A stretch of 64,000 bases of DNA from Euglena gracilis (lineage: Eukaryota), in assembly GCA_039621445.1 (NCBI GenBank), contig CP154954.1, positions 32,651,455 to 32,715,454 of the forward strand, written 5' to 3'. The notes under the pieces are model-generated. The model saw only the letters and a list, made by a program, of their open reading frames with translations, searched no databases and was not told where the DNA came from. Every line of letters starts with the position of its first letter. Within the stretch, counting starts at the first letter, position 1. Below are positions 38,301-50,580 of the stretch, piece by piece. Made by a program: the position numbers and the translations under genes.

Positions 38301-39100
38301 TCATCCCAATATTGAAGGAAACAAATGCTGGAACCAGAATCACCCAACGCCCATTTAAAGCCAAAAAAGCTTCACATACAAAATTCAATAAACCACAATT
38401 TATGGCAAAAAGTGTGCAACGACTTGATGCTTTGCTTTCGTGTGCACAGTCCGGACAAAAATGACGGGAAACAAAGATGATGGGAAACCACCAAAAATTT
38501 CCCGTCATTTTTCCATCATTTTTTCCCCCTGTACCCTTTCTATGCCCTTTTGGAGGAACCACATTCACAGCTGGTCAAATTTCACGCACAAAGGATGGGG
38601 GTATGACATATGATCAAGTTTGGGATGTGTTTTCAATACAACCACAAAAAAAAGAACACCCAGAACACCATTTTGACACTTTCTTGGAATTTTGAGGTGC
38701 TGCCGAAAAACTCCCACTTATTACCTTCATGGAAAATTGAAATTTCCATCACTTTTTCCAGAATAAAAATTTTCCCATCATTTTATTTCCCGTCATTTTG
38801 TTTCCCGTCCGCTTCCGCCATTTTTGTCCGGACTGTAATTTGGAGAAAACTTGGATGTGCGTGGGCAAATGTCATTTCAAAGCCAGCTTCAATGGGCTGC
38901 GGAAATCGCCGAGCACATTAGCACGTGAAATAACTCCTCCAATCATCCCACCTCACAATTTGAATTTACCAAAATTTCAATGCAACGGCAAAATCAATTG
39001 TTGTTTGTATTGCATAATCGTATCCACAAAATGCAAGGTGCTTCTCCGGACGAAAAGTTGCTGAGGTTGCTCAGAGCTGCCACGCCACCATCGCCAAGCA
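20335..39100 (-). CDS. Leucine-rich repeat protein, RI-like/NLRC3-like ~28-aa repeats (LxxLxLDLxxNxIGxxGAxALA), split mostly by nonconventional introns
   Basis: About 18-20 short exons that join into successive LRRs: ~39095-39050, ~38240-38133, 37225-37158, 35782-~35690, ~33985-33894, 33769-~33722, ~32570-32506, 32416-32361, 31668-31530, 31306-~31159, ~30709-30632, 27974-27907, 26047-~26008, ~25514-25401, 24072-24014, 23711-23575, 23198-23073, 22431-22327, and a possible last exon ~20420-20335. Example peptide: LHTLRLDLSGNHLGPDGAEALAGL. The 5' end was not located. Confidence 0.9.
20776..21904. mobile_element. GG-terminal non-autonomous DNA transposon (Merlin-like) with a nested MITE
   Basis: TIR GGCAGCATCACTCT, perfect TSD ttcaattt. 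Confidence 0.85.
23717..24010. mobile_element. MITE-like core of nonconventional intron 23712-24013
   Basis: Termini CAGGGCTG / CAGCCCTG and a TSD cccacgcg/cccgcgcg (7/8 match). Internal ~21-bp tandem repeat (gaatgtcgccgacccccgccg) at ~23730-23850. Confidence 0.8.
26990..27224. mobile_element. hAT-type MITE (CAG-end family) nested in an LRR intron
   Basis: Ends CAGACTTCTT / AAAAAGCCTG, TSD ctaccgaa/ctaccgac. Confidence 0.75.
27449..27751. mobile_element. GG-terminal palindromic (foldback) element
   Basis: Nearly fully self-complementary, termini GGCAG/CTGCC, TSD atgtggcc/atgttgcc. Confidence 0.85.
30191..30474. mobile_element. GG-terminal palindromic (foldback) element
   Basis: Arms of ~130 bp, termini GGCAG/CTGCC, perfect TSD ttccgaat, TTAGGG-like motifs near the centre. 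Confidence 0.88.
33775..33890. mobile_element. 116-bp hAT-type MITE inserted in an LRR exon (predicted nonconventional intron 33770-33893)
   Basis: TIRs CAGGCTTTTTT / AAAAAACAGCCTG, with a perfect 8-bp TSD gtcgaggc at 33767-33774 and 33891-33898. Confidence 0.92.
38447..38835. mobile_element. MITE with 17-bp TIR
   Basis: CAGTCCGGACAAAAATG / CATTTTTGTCCGGACTG with ttcccgtc subterminal repeats. No matching TSD was seen. Confidence 0.7.
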
Positions 39101-42100
39101 ATGAACCCTGTACAGAGTTTCTTTTTTGGGCTGAGGAGAGTGGGGACACTCAAGGGCAATATGCGACGCCCTTCAATGTGTCAGGACATCATGGCCCAGA
39201 AATTCCTTCCTCTTGCTGCTCAAATAACGCATCCCCAGGGGCCTGGCTACAATGACATTTCGGTTGTGGGGACATTTTGGTTCACTTTGGTTGGAGGGAC
39301 ACACTTCTATTACAGGGGCATTTTGAAACACTTCGGCTAAAGGTGGGGATGAAACTTACTTTTGGTTTTTAAAAAACTGGGAGAAACCATTTGCTTTTTT
39401 AACTTTCAATTACTTTTTGAACAAAAACTGGGCCAAATATTCTTCAAAGCTTGTTTGAGATAAAATTCTGCAAATTCTCAAAATACTCCGATTTTTCATT
39501 TTGACCTTTTTCCTTCGCTAAAATTTTCCTTTTATTTTTTATGTTTTCATACCGTTTTCTTTTTTAAAAAGCACTGTTTTTGCTCTTTTTCCTTCAAAAG
39601 CAACAGAATGCCAACGCTTTGAATATGCATTGAACAGATCAGAATGTCAGTGTCAAAGCGAATCCTCCACACAGGGTTTGTTGCCAGAAAATTACACAAC
39701 GTTCCGTCAGTAAAATTTGATTGGATCTTTTTGTGCTTCTTTTGAGACTGGAAGGGCCCAAAGAAAGAGGACGCCCGAGACTCTTTGGGGAGACGCCCTA
39801 AAACTTACAGTCAATGCCTGAAAAAGGGTCCAGCATCTTAAAAAGAATCCTGATCCCGCAGCTGCATTGTCTGTACAAGGGAGCTGCCAAAGCTCTCCAT
39901 GCAGCCACGGAGGCACCACGAGCACCTCCCACCACATCCCGAGGATGAATCACCACACAGCTGACTTTCCTATGGACTTATCGAGGGCGTTGTTGGGTTG
40001 TGTAAATTCAACGTTCCTTGGTTGCCTTCATTTCAGTCTTGTGAGAGGTGAGTAGAAAGACAACCTTGGTGAATCATTTGCTGGATGTCGTTTTTTGCGA
40101 TTTCTGGAGCTTGGAGGACAAAATCAGTCAGCAATGGGGAGTGTTCGATTTTCGTTGTTGACATCCCTCATAATTCACCCCGAAACCCTCCAAACCCCCC
40201 CAGGGTGTCATTTATGGGGATTTTGAAGGGAAAATCCAAAAGAACTGTCATCGGCAGCGAGCAAAATTTCTTATTGCAGAGCGGTGGGTGTCATTTTTGA
40301 TTTATAGAGTGGCACCTACCGTATTTGTCACCCCTGGGGGCACTGCCAGACCCCCTTTGTTGATGTCAACGCACCCTAATTGGACAATTAGAGTGCGTTG
40401 CCAGTATTCCACCTAATTGGCACTTTTCTGACACTCCTTTCGCACTCCAAAAAAAAAGTTCTTCGGCTGGTCCTTGGGGATTTAGTACCCCCTACCCTCA
40501 CCCCCCCTAATTGGCCTCCAGGACAACACTGGCAAAAATTTGGCCAGGCTCCAACGACTTCCCCAAAAAATGACTATTGAAACAAATGTCCATCAAAAAG
40601 TGGAGAAAAAATTCATGAAGCACCCAACCGTGCACAAAAAAAAACAAATTTTGTGCTGGGGGTGATAGCAGGGGGTGGGATCCTTGAGTCTCCTTGCTTG
40701 TCCCCCCCCGGCTAATTGGCTGATGGGGGGTCTGAGGGAACCTGGTCATTATAAGTCATAAAGAAGGTGTGAAATTGCCACCCTTCGGCACACAGGCAAT
40801 ATTCCCCCTGGCAGCAGGGAGAAGCGCCAACACCCCCCCCCTTTATTTGAGCACACCCACGGGTCAAAAGACCCCCCAAATGCTCAAACGAGGGGGGGTC
40901 GGAAATTCGGCTTTGAGAGAGGACAAAAAAATTTCGGCGCCTTTGGCGCCTAAAATTTTTTTTCCCCCAGACCCAAATGTTCAATTAAGGGGGGGGTCAA
41001 ATAAAGGGGGGGATGGTATTGACCATTTTTCACCAACTCCCCCAGGGGGAGTCATTTTCTACTCTGCTAAAGACCAGCCAAAACCATTTTCCTGGAAAAA
41101 TAGCAATTCAGCACCTGCCTGGGAGGTGGGTTGGTCACTTTGGGATCCAGTGGAATTGACCACACATGTGAAGCACGACCAAAAAAAACTTTCTCTGACA
41201 GAAATGCCTTAAAATTCACTTTAAATTCTTGGCCAAAATGGGTAAAAATCCCTTAAAATGCCAATGCCTTAAAATTTCTGAGGGGAAATTTTTCCTCCAA
41301 CCCAGCAAAAATGAAAGTGCAAAAATCTCAGCAAAATAACAGGCCAAATCCAGGGGAGGAAAAGCGATTTCTGGCATCGTTGGAACATTGTCTAGTCAAA
41401 ACTGAAAAAAAAAAATGAGCTTTTTGCCCTCTTTTTCTTGGATTTGGACCTTGTGAAAATCAAAACGTTGGTTCGATGCATGCCTGGATGGCCCTTGTAC
41501 CACCCTGAAAAGTGGCGCACCAAAAAGCCTCAAAGTGCTGTTACAAAGCCTTAAAAAAGCTTAAACAACCTTAAATTTTTGAAAAAATTCTGCTTTGAAA
41601 AAGGCCCACCTCCATGGTGATTGGCATTTGCCAATCAATTGGTGCAGCCTTGGAAGAAATCCACAACATTGGCTGCTGTCACTTGGCACCAAATATGACG
41701 ACTGGCTAATAGTGATCGAAGGCGGTGGCAAATCTGGCTCGGCATCAAGAGAAGAATGAATGTGCATCTCTTTTTTGATGTACGTTCATATTCCCTCCCT
41801 TTAATCCCCTCTAATTCTTCGACAATTATCGTTAATTCGACAATTTCGGGGGCAGTAGTGTGTCGGTTCATGGGCAAAACCTGCGGCCTACGGGACAACA
41901 CTCAACAAAGAGCCCAAAGAGCATCACAACTTCAATTACCACCGGGTTTTATGCAGCCGGCGGTTTTCAGTACGTACCCAGGGGAAACCAGGTGGTCCAG
42001 TTCGGTCCAAAAGACCCCCCTCCCTAGGGTTGTGCCAATTAATCGTTTCGAGCAGGCGAATAAATCGGGGTGTCTCAGACGACTAACGATCAATTGGTCC

Positions 42101-43014
42101 CTTCTGAGTTTTGCTGTTGAAATCTGCATAAGAAATTGAAATGCGGAACTCAAACCATTTCTTTGCGCGCCCTCTAACGAATTTTTTCCTTGTTCTGGGC
42201 CAGGCACTAGCAAATTAGGAACCGTGTCAGCTTAATAAATCGCACAGCATTTCACTGGCACCTTCGCTGACTCATGGCAACTTTAACAACTGTGTCAAGG
42301 TGTAAGTAGAGTATTATCTGACTGGTTACTGTACGAAATTGCGTGTTTGTAGCAAATATCGCGCCCATCGTGGTTGACATCCATAATGAACGATTGCCCT
42401 GGGCCGAACGATTCGGAATCGGCGATGACGAACAATTAGTCGATTAATCGATTGATCGAATCTACCCCAGCCTGGCCGGGCCGGCCCGGGATGGGCCGCC
42501 ACCGGGCCGCTAATCCACTGGCCTGGGCCGTGCCGCCGGGCCGTTGGGCCGGGCTAGGCCGCCGGCTGCCGATCACCTCAAACATCTGCCACACGCCTCA
42601 AACATCCGCTGCAGCATGGCACCATCATGCATGTAAAGGGCTCGGTACTACACAAAACCTAATCAAACAGGGGGGGTTTTCAGTCACCCCAAAAACGTCC
42701 CCCCCCTTGTGACCTGGACCACCAACAACAATGAATTAGTAACAAGGTAATTACCATGCCCTGGACCCTTTACGGCCCAATGGGAACAGTATGGGGGCAG
42801 CTGGACCTAGGTCCCACTCAAGCTATTCCCATACCCGAACCTGGCACAGCCCAAAAGGGGGCATCTTTGGAATTTTTTAGGATGTTCACAAAAAATGGTC
42901 AATTTCAAGCACATTTGCCAAAAAGCGATTTTTGAAAACGTCCAAATAATGTCGATTTGACCATTCTTTCAGGGTTTCTTCACAAAGCACGCTATGGCAG
43001 TGAGCTATTCCAGT

Positions 43015-43330
43015 CAGGCTTTTGCTCAAGGACCCGGGGGGGGGGTACTGGCTAGCCAATCGGCTAGACACTGGAAAAAATGGACTAGCTAGACCCCCCT
43101 CCCCCCCCCCCGGGGGGGGGGGGGCCGGGGGTCCCCCCAACTGGAAAAAAATTTTCCTCCGGCACTGCGCGCCGAGGTGGAAATCAGGTTTTTAATAGGT
43201 TTTGGGCTGATTTTGTTCCAAAAATTCCCAAAAATGGCCAAAAACGGGCTAGCGGCCAAATTTGGACTAGCTGCAGTCCAGCCCTTCCCCCGGGGGGGGG
43301 GGGGACTGCAATCCCTTAAGCAGAAGCCTG
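43015..43330. mobile_element. hAT-type MITE (CAG-end family)
   Basis: TIR CAGGCTTTTGCT / AGCAGAAGCCTG, TSD attccagt/attcccgt. Confidence 0.8.
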
Positions 43331-43744
43331 ATTCCCGTCCCCCCTATGGGAATAGCTTGGGAGGGGGGGCATGGAAATTGTTTGGTCCCCCCAACGGTCA
43401 ATTAAATGAGCACAAATCCCATCAATGTCAGTGAATCGCGATTTTTGCACGCATCTCTATTGGATGTTGATTGATTATAACCTGCGCATGCCCCCATTGA
43501 CCAACAGGGGTACAAATCCCCGAAAAGGATGTGAAGTAGACTGGGTAGTCGGCCAACTACGCAATTGGTCGGCTGACTAGCCCCTGTTGGCAGCTAGTCG
43601 AGCGGCAAGATGCGGTGGGGGGGGTAATCGGCTGACTACCATGCCCCACCCATATAAGACCCCCCTCAGGAGCCAAAATCCAAGGGGGGGTCTTATATGG
43701 GGGGGGTCTTATATGGGGGGGGTCGCTGAGCTCTTATCCCTGAC

Positions 43745-44330
43745 CAAGATCCTTTGGCCTCCCGGAAAAACTGTTTTTGAGCCGAAAATGAGCGTTTTTC
43801 GACCCACCAGCGCCCCGCTTTGGGCCGCCAACCCATTGCCTTTGAGTCAAAACCAGGTCAAAAAAGTCGAAAACAATCGAATTTTTTTTTGCCCGAAACG
43901 ATGCTTTTTTAGCCTCCCGGACCCGGAAAAACCGTTTTTGAGCCGAAAATGAGCGTTTTTCGACCCGCCAGCGCCCTGTTTTGGGCCGCCAACCCATTGC
44001 CTTTGGGTCAAAACCAGGTCAAAAAAGTCGAAAACAATCGAATTTTTTTTTTGCCCGAAACGATGTTTTTTTAGCCTCCCGGACGCGGAAAAACTGTTTC
44101 TGGGCCGAAAATGAGCGTTTTTCGACCCGCCAGCCCCCCGGTTTGGGCTGCCAACCCATTGCCTTTGGGTGATTTTCGGGTCAAAAAGTCGAAAAAATCT
44201 AAAAAAAATTTTTGCTCGAAACGATGTTTTTTGACTTCCCGGACCCGGAAAAAAAAGTGTTATTTGAGCCAAAAACGACTGTTTTTTGACCCCCTGGCCT
44301 CCGGTTTCGGGCACAAAACCCTTGCATTTC
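43745..44330. repeat. ~141-bp tandem repeat (~4 units); related units in opposite orientation at ~28810-29090
   Basis: Repeated gccgaaaatgagcgtttttcgacccgccagcgccc; its reverse complement gggtcgaaaaacgctcatttt occurs near 28855 and 29020. Confidence 0.85.
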
Positions 44331-46791
44331 AGTCAAAAGAGATCCATGGAGTGGGCCGGTGTGGTGGAAATTAGCAACCAGAGGCTTGACCCTGGCGTGC
44401 CTGATGGGTAAGGGCCGGCGGTCTACCTGACCTGTCACGATTAAACAATTGCGGCTTCGGCCGAGCAGTGACACTAAGGACAAGCAACCCCTATCAAACA
44501 CGCCATCGCCAAGCATCAGGAGCTGAGGCAAGGGATGGAGGACTTCGAGTGCCTCGAACCCTAGGGCTAATGCCCCCTGGCGGTAGCTCCACAGGCGAGA
44601 AATCGCTTCGTCCAGAAAATCTGTCCTCAGTCGTTGGAAAAATTATCTCTTGCCCAACGCTGCAGATTGCAAAAAATCAGAGACATGATACCAAACATCA
44701 TTCGGAAGACAAGAAGCTTCACTCATCATGAACAAATAACCCTATGGAAAAGAGAAGGAAAAAAAAGCGAAACCTTCACCACCACTTGGACGGTGATGAC
44801 AAATGGGGTGCGCCAAAAATCTGAGGCATTTTTTGTCCAATTTCGCCTCCAGCCCCAATCCTTGCCGACCCCTTTCCCCAAAGAGAGGCCTGGCGTGACT
44901 TGCTTGCAGCTGTGTGCGTCCCATTGCAGTCCTCATCCTCCTTCTGGAAGAGGCACGGGACCCCCCCCCAAGTTGAATACCATGGCACAGCAAATGATCC
45001 CCCACCCCCGTCTTGGAAAGTACTTGTCAGCTGTGCCGAACGAAAAACACGTGTATTCGTTTTTTTTTCGAAACGCCCATTATGGCACCAGTGTTAGCAG
45101 TGATTAATTGAGCTTCTTTTATGGCAGGGGCTTTTTTGGGGGCTGCACCGGACTCAAATGGTGGTTGGGGCTTCCTTTGGCAGAACCCATTGAGACCTGT
45201 GCCGGCTGCCGGTCCGTCACGGACATCGACAGAGACCAGGGGGGTCTATGAAGGGGTGGGTGTGCGCTTATCAAGAGCTCAGCACTATTCAAAACCTGGT
45301 CTTATATGGGGGGGGGTAAGCTCAAGGTCAAGCTCGCCGAATTTAAGCTCCGCCCCAAACGCCCCCAAAGTGCTTGCCTCTACGACGGTCTTTGGTTCGA
45401 AAGACCCGCCCCCGAAAATAATTGTCCTTCCAAAATAAGCCATCGGAGCGAAGCGCCAGAGGGTGAAAATTTTCCTAACACAAGAATGATGAAATTTGAA
45501 AAACTTCAGGATTTTGAAATGCAAAAAAGTATGGCAAATATCACCCTATACAATTAACACATGATGCGAAGCGCCGAAAGTTTTCAGTCTTGGAAAACAA
45601 GACCCAGGGATTCTTTGGAGGGGGTTAAAGCAGCTTGTTTTGTTATTAGAGGCTAGGTAGTCCTCCCCCCCCCTCCCCCTTGTTCAGCTCACTTTGGAAG
45701 TGAACAGGGGGGTCCCGAGACTGCCCCCCTGTACCTAGCCACACTTGTTCACTTCCGGGAAAAAAACCAAAAACCGGAACAACGGGCACACACCAATCAA
45801 GGTTCTTTTTCAAAAAATTTTCGGCACCTTCGGTGCCGGACCTTCCCCCCACTCCGGGAAGTCAACATGTCTAGTTCAGTTCGGAAGTCAGTGAACAGGG
45901 GGTTCCAGCCCCCCGTGTAATTGGGCTCCATTAGAGTTAAAAATATTTTTAAAAAATGCGAACAAAAGGAAAGCCCTGCGGGTGCTGACACCAAACAGGG
46001 AGCCAGGTCAGTGCGTGGGAAAACCTCCAAAAAATGTCTTTTCTTTGCGGGGTCTCATTTTTTTGGGCCAAAACAACCAAATTACACCTAACGCATGGAT
46101 ATTTTGCACTTCACACCGTATGTTTTTGCACTTCCGGTCAATGTTTTTGCACTTTATCTCAAAAATGTTTGCACACAAGCACAGGCCTCAGGCAGAAACC
46201 TCAACAGCCGTGACTGTTTGTTGGAGGTCGGCACGTTTGACGAGGACCCTCGGCCACCAGGGGGGGGGTCCCCATTTTGCCGTGCCGAGGGGGTCCGACC
46301 ACCATGGGGGGGGTGGGAAGTGCATCACCTTGCAGCCATCAAGACAATAACGCAAGAGCACATGCTCAACCTGAGGATCTCCCAAAATGCCGAGGACGTG
46401 CCATGCCTCTTCGACCTTGATCACCACCCCTTTCCGGAATGATGTTGAAAGCGGGTGTTCCACTGGGAAGCCGAGGACCCGCAACGATTGCGGACAACTT
46501 TCAGGAGGGCTTGCCAGTCAATTGTATTGAACGCATTCTGTAGGTCCCCTTGGAGGATGGCCCACGCATCTCCTTGGCCATGTTCCGCAAAGGTTTTTTC
46601 CCCTAGTCAAGGACCCTGACATGTCTGTTGGTTGCCACCTCCCTTGCTCCCAGTAAACATCTTGGATGACCACCTCTTGGCTTTGGTCAACCTGCACCTC
46701 ACCCAACCACTGTCATCCTCTCCTTGGTCTGACACCAATGCCACTGTGACCACCAAAAAAAGCCACCAATAACCCTCATGCTGAATGGAAC

Positions 46792-46966
46792 CAAGGTTTC
46801 CGGGCTGTTTTTAAACAAGTTGTTTAAACCAGATTTTTTTCCTATTTTGTAGTGTTTTATTTAAAAAAAAACAGCCCTTTTTTAAAATAAAAAACCGTTT
46901 TTAAACCGTTTTTTATCCAGGAAAGTTTTTTTGCTTTGTTTTAAAACAAAAAAAACGGGAACCTTG
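46792..46966. mobile_element. hAT-type MITE
   Basis: TIR CAAGGTT / AACCTTG, TSD aatggaac/aatggaaa. Confidence 0.75.
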
Positions 46967-48405
46967 AATGGAAAAACAGAGGCCGAGAGTTGTTGCAGCC
47001 CCCCAAAACCGACCAAAATGGTTCAGAATGCGTATTGAAGCAGAAATGTCATTGCTGCAAAAGCCGATTGACCTCAGAATTTGTCCCACTTCATTCTAAC
47101 CTTTGACAAATGAGTTACATTGGTTCGTGTCAATCCTGTTTTTCAAATACAATTCACTGCTTGGACATTTCCAAATACCAATATTTGGCAAAGAAAAACA
47201 CTGCATATGTGGGCACCTTGCATCAAAACCCCAAAAATTGAAAATAAATTGCAAAATTTCTGCCATTTGAGCCATTTTTGGCTGGTTTTCCGCCATTTCA
47301 AGCAGTTTTTTTTTGCAATAATTCTGGGCATTTGTTGGAATTTTTGGGGCCAATTCATGGTGATCATGGATTTTTTTGTTGTCATGTTCGACCCCATTTT
47401 GGGCAGTTTTTGGCAGATTGTCAATCATTTTTTGGGGACAGCTGCAAATATTTTTGATAAATTTTGGAAATGCTGGGCCTTTTGTGTCATTTTAGGTCAT
47501 TTCTGACCAGATTTTGAACTGTGTCCATCCATTTTGGGCATTCACCAATTGTACGTGTGCAAGTTGGTGATTGAACACAATAAACATCTATATTTTTCAT
47601 TGGCTGTTAAAGATCCAGACTCCGTCCTGAGCCCCCACGCCTCTAATAAGCAGACTTGAAAAAAAACACCTGTTAAGACGTTCAATTGGCCTGGATCTTA
47701 ATCCATTCCAGTGTAAGGGTTTTTTCATTGTGCAAAAATAAAATGACGGAGGGCAAATATTTTTTTGAGGAAATGCAAATATTTGGCGGCGCGGAGCAAA
47801 AGTTTTTGAGGCCTCTGGTCAAATTTTTTAGAGGGAGCCAGGCAAAAATTTTGACTGGTTGGGGCAAATGTTTTTGTCGGCCGTGGGCAAACATTTCAGA
47901 CACTAGGTGTAAAACCATTTTCACCTAGCGTCTGAAATGTTTGCCCATCCCAGCGCCCTCAAAAAATTTGTCCAAAAGTCTCAAAATTATTTGCACTTCC
48001 CCCCAAAAATGTTTGCACTTGTTCCGAAAAAATTTGCACTCCGTCATTTTCTTTGCTCAATGGAAAAAAAGGCTAATGCTGGACAATGGAAAAAGATCCA
48101 CGCCGATATTTATTTGGGAGGCAGAGAGGATGGTGATGAGGGCAAAGAGGAAATAAAATCCTCCTCTGTTTCGTTTCTTCTTTTCAGTTTGTGATCCCCT
48201 CAGACGGACGTTGCCGCCAGGGTGTCGCCAGGCAACCCCCAAGAGGGGGGGTCTAGCGTGGCTGGAAAATTTGGGCTGGTTGGAAAAGAGTGTTGGCTGG
48301 CCCCCACTTAAATTCCCCCATCCTATGACCTCCCATCCACATATGCCCCCCTGACCACTGCACATACCCCCCCCCCCCGCTGACCACCAAACCATCACTG
48401 ATACC

Positions 48406-48837
48406 CAGGGTTCGATATAAGGACAGGTGGGGGGGTGGTCCGGACCCCCCCCTGCGGGCCAGGAGGGGGGGGGGGTGGGGGGGACACCCCCCCCCCACCT
48501 AAACAGGTGCGCGGTCAGGGTGGCTGAATTTCGGCCCGGCGCAAAGCGCCGGACCGAAAATTTTTGACCCCCAAAACGACCAAAAGTGCCATTTTGGGCA
48601 CTTTTTGGGCAAAAATGTGCCAAAAATGCAAAAAATTTTCGGCGCAAAGCGCCGGAGGAAAAAATTGACCCTTTTTGGGGGGGGGTCCCGGGAACCCCCC
48701 CCGAGGGTCGGTCCAGACCCCCCTGGCAGGTGGGGGGGGGGGGGTCCGGAACCCCCCCCTGCGGGCCAGGAGGGGGGGGGGTGGGGGGGACACCCCCCCC
48801 ACCTAAACCATGTACGCCCTCCTTATATCAAACCCTG
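48406..48837. mobile_element. hAT-type MITE (CAG-end)
   Basis: TIR CAGGGTTCGATATAAGGA / TCCTTATATCAAACCCTG, perfect TSD ctgatacc, internal direct repeat. Confidence 0.9.
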
Positions 48838-49304
48838 CTGATACCAACCAGAAGGAAAAGTAATGAAGAAACAACAGACAAAATGAGCTAAAAATCACAC
48901 ACTGTGCAGGAAAAATAAAGTGCAATGGGCCAGCCAATCTCTGAATCTTCAAAAAACATATGATGGCCCAAAATACCTTCTTTTACCCCCCTGATGAAGA
49001 AATATGGAGGGGCATTCTTGGACCTATTTCAGTTACACAGGGTTATGATTCTCATCCAAACAGCAGAACATTTCCCGCTCAACGCTTTTTGATTGGCCTC
49101 TACAAGGTACCCAGCGAACCCGAAGAGCCGCCCAACTAGGGTTAATACACATGAGGGGGACCCGAGCGAGGCGCCTTTGGCGCCTCGTTCGGGTAGGGAC
49201 CAACTTATCACGTTTCTGAGCAACCGGTTTCTATACACAAATTTTCGGGGCCCCCTGGCTGAACACGTTTTTTTCAGGCTGAAATCTGGGCTCAGCCACA
49301 ATTT

Positions 49305-50514
49305 GTTTAAAAACGTGTTCAGAGCCCGCCAAATGCCTGCCCTGAAATTCGTGGTCATGATTCACGCAAGGGGTCAAAAACGCGAATTTGTGAAATTCGG
49401 ACCCAAAAAACGGCGCCCTAATGGAAAACGTGCCTGAACACAGATGCCTTCACTGAAAACGTGTCATTGCCACAAATACCCTCATTGAAAACGTGCCTGA
49501 ACACAGATGCCTTCACTGAAAACGTGTCATTGCCACAAATGCCCTCACTGAAAACGTGTCACCCCCCCCCTTTTTTCTTCTTTTTTTCCTTTTTCCCGCA
49601 GCCCTGCCAATATGGCCAAACGCACGGCAAACTTTGTGAATGGTCTTTTGCCACCACCCCCTAGGACGGAACTGTTCCTGGCTGCTCTCGCGGTATACCA
49701 GCAAGATGCCAAGAAGCCGAAGGTTGACCCCCTTCATGGCACCTTGCTGGCACAGGGCAACACAAAGAAAAAGTGACGAACACTCGGTCGAAAATCAGGA
49801 CCTGACCAGTGTTCCCTCTGTCTTTCCCACCGCCGAGCAACGTTCCGCTCCTGCGGTCAGCTCTGTTTCCTCCCCTGACCAACCCCCTGTGCCTCGTGCT
49901 GTATAAAACAGGAGAAATGTGGTTTTTGTGGTGTTGCCATTCCGAAAAATCCAAATTGTGTGGAGCTGAACAAAGTTGTGTGTGACGCCTGCGGTTTGGC
50001 ATATCATTTTCATTGCCAAGATTTGCGGCGGCCACCAAAGTATGGCTCTTTTTGGTGTAAAGCCTGTCGTGTGCCGTGATTTTCGCCCCTTCCCTGTCGT
50101 TGTGCCAAGGCAACCTAGCCTTCTTGTTGTCGTCTTCTTCGTGTTGTAGAGTGCCCCCGACCCGCCTCACCCGTTGAGGACCACCCGGCCTCTCAACCGC
50201 ACGCCGATTTTTCCTGATAGCGATTTTCGTTTCTTGCTGGGGGTTGCCACAGATGCCCTCACTGAAAACGTGCCTGAACACAGATGCCTTCACTGAAAAC
50301 GTGTCATTGCCACAAATTCCCTCATTGAAAACGTGCCTGAACACAGATGCCTTCACTGAAAACGTGTCATTGCCACAAATACCCTCATTGAAAACGTGCC
50401 TGAACACAGATGCCTTCACTGAAAACGTGTCATTGCCACATATGCCCTCATTGAAAACGTGTTCATGACCACGAATTTCAGGGCAGGCATTTGGTGGGCT
50501 GAACACGTTTTTAA
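49305..50514. mobile_element. Element with ~55-bp TIRs and internal 63-bp tandem arrays
   Basis: gcccgccaaatgcctgccctgaaattcgtggtcatga (~49324-49360) is inverted at ~50463-50500. A 63-bp unit occurs ~2x at 49424-49560 and ~3.5x at 50245-50462. Confidence 0.75.
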
Positions 50515-50531
50515 TCGATTTCAAAAAGAAA

Positions 50532-50580
50532 AGGGTTAGGGTTAGGGTTAGGGTTAGGGTTAGGGTCAGGGTCAGGGTCA
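50532..50580 (+). repeat. Interstitial telomeric repeat (TTAGGG)5 followed by TCAGGG variants
   Basis: agggttagggttagggttagggttagggttagggtcagggtcagggtca. Confidence 0.9.

Noticed and set aside
49661-50245. Harbinger/IS5-like transposase call
   Set aside because: Only a vague motif resemblance, which cannot be supported without a profile search.
49424-50462. CRISPR-like array or repeat-protein ORF (SLKTCLNTDAFTENV)
   Set aside because: Head-to-tail 63-bp satellite with no unique spacers, no cas genes and a eukaryotic context.
50532-50580. True chromosome end
   Set aside because: Only ~8 units, with ordinary sequence continuing on both sides.
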